Program-made: the position numbers and the translations under genes
The notes under the pieces: generated by a model
The model's database searches: none
What the model saw: only the letters and a program-made list of their open reading frames with translations
Told to the model about the DNA's origin: nothing
Shown here: piece by piece, positions 63,163 to 64,000 of the stretch
Position numbering within the stretch: position 1 is the first letter of the stretch
Layout of the letters: each line of letters starts with the position of its first letter
From: an uncultured Chloroflexia bacterium
Lineage (GTDB): Bacteria > Chloroflexota > Anaerolineae > CG2-30-64-16
DNA: 64,000 nt
Direction: 5' to 3'
Assembly (NCBI GenBank): GCA_963810095.1
Contig: CAWEMM010000014.1
Location: 264,099 to 328,098, forward strand

Positions 63163-63471
63163 ATGGCACACAATGCAATCAAGATGACCGTGCCGCAGGT
63201 CGAGGCGGCGCTCGACAGCGAACCAGGGGCGGCTGGCGCTCCTGTTCACGTCGGCGAATTGCCCGAACTGCCCGGCAGCGGCGGCGGCACTGGACCGGGC
63301 GGAAAAGCGGGGCGCAGTTGCTAAGGCGCTGCGGGTCGACGCCGAACAGAGTCCCGAACTCGCCGACTACGCCGGGGTCATGGCGACGCCGACCCTCCAG
63401 GTGTTCGACGGGGCGATGTTGCGGGCGGTCGTCACGGGCAACCGGGTCGCACGGGCGCTCGATCAGCTCTA
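63163..63471 (+). CDS. Hypothetical phage protein (frameshifted)
   Basis: GAGG RBS, MAHNAIK. Confidence 0.4.
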
Positions 63472-63481
63472 GGGAGGCGAG

Positions 63482-64000
63482 ATGAAGGCGACGTTTGTGA
63501 CGCTGGCGCGCACAGCCGAGCGGGTCTGGAGAGCGTCTGGCAGTTCCGGCGGGAGACGAAGGACATGTATCCGATACCGGATCGCCTCTGGTCGGCGCGG
63601 TTCGCAGTGACGGAGGGCGGCGAGACGCTCGACGCGGTCATCCGGGCGGAACCGCAGTTCAAGCGCAACAACGCAGCGGGAAGTCAGCCGGGAGCGGGAA
63701 CTCGCCGACACCGCGTTCATGCTGGCGACGACCATCGGCGAGACGATCCCGATGTCCCTGTTCGACAAGGCGACGGTCGCGCTGGGCGTGCTGGGCTATC
63801 CGTCGGACATCGACGTCGTTCCGCTGCTCGTCGGGCAGGCGCTCTGGGCGGTCAAGTCGGGCCGGTCGCAACTGGCAGCTCAAGGCGGCAGTCGCGCTGC
63901 TCGTCGTCATCGACATCATGGACGATCCGGTCGGATCGGTCGACGAGACACTTGCACGCCTCAAGGCAAAGTGGGGCGGAGGCGTCACAGGCTGGCGCAC
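63482..64000 (+). CDS. MazG-like nucleotide pyrophosphohydrolase (partial, frameshifted)
   Basis: TEGGETLD ... ERELAD (ExxE...ELAD pattern). Confidence 0.5.

Larger units (their letters stand above)
51206..64000 (+). mobile_element. Prophage (left end: lysogeny and early/replication modules); continues beyond the window
   Basis: Integrase next to a tRNA fragment, divergent repressor, recombination and replication genes, many short ORFs. Confidence 0.88.

Noticed and set aside
49700-64000. Retron, DGR or other reverse-transcriptase system
   Set aside because: No RT motifs and no TR/VR-like repeat pair were seen.

Overview
High-GC bacterial DNA, probably Chloroflexota (Anaerolineae/Caldilineae-like), inferred from gene content and repeats. 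It carries many single-base indels that look like long-read errors. 1-51.1 kb is chromosomal: a heterodimeric ABC exporter; a sugar/polyol catabolic island (five URO-D/MtaA-like paralogues, FGGY kinase, two SorC regulators, galactitol-type PTS, ABC sugar importer, divergent promoters sharing one operator); a CheB-CheR/histidine kinase/response regulator locus; cysK-cysE behind a long structured leader; envelope and housekeeping genes; an RNase-barstar pair; tRNA-Pro; several palindromic repeat families (one clustered beside a GIY-YIG nuclease); and an intact IS5-like element with 16-bp TIRs and a 9-bp TSD. From about 51.2 kb a prophage, joined to the 5' half of a tRNA-Gly(TCC), runs off the window. 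It encodes an integrase, XRE repressor, two HNH nucleases, Sak4-like ATPase, DUF932, primase, initiator and DnaB. The most striking item is in this prophage: a stand-alone Cas7/RAMP-like gene (61595-62163) with no other cas genes and no CRISPR array in the window. Directly after its stop codon lies a ~100-nt T-poor tract with 5-nt periodicity (NGC-NN units and a 13-mer repeated three times), closed by a hairpin. This is a candidate minimal phage RNA-guided system.
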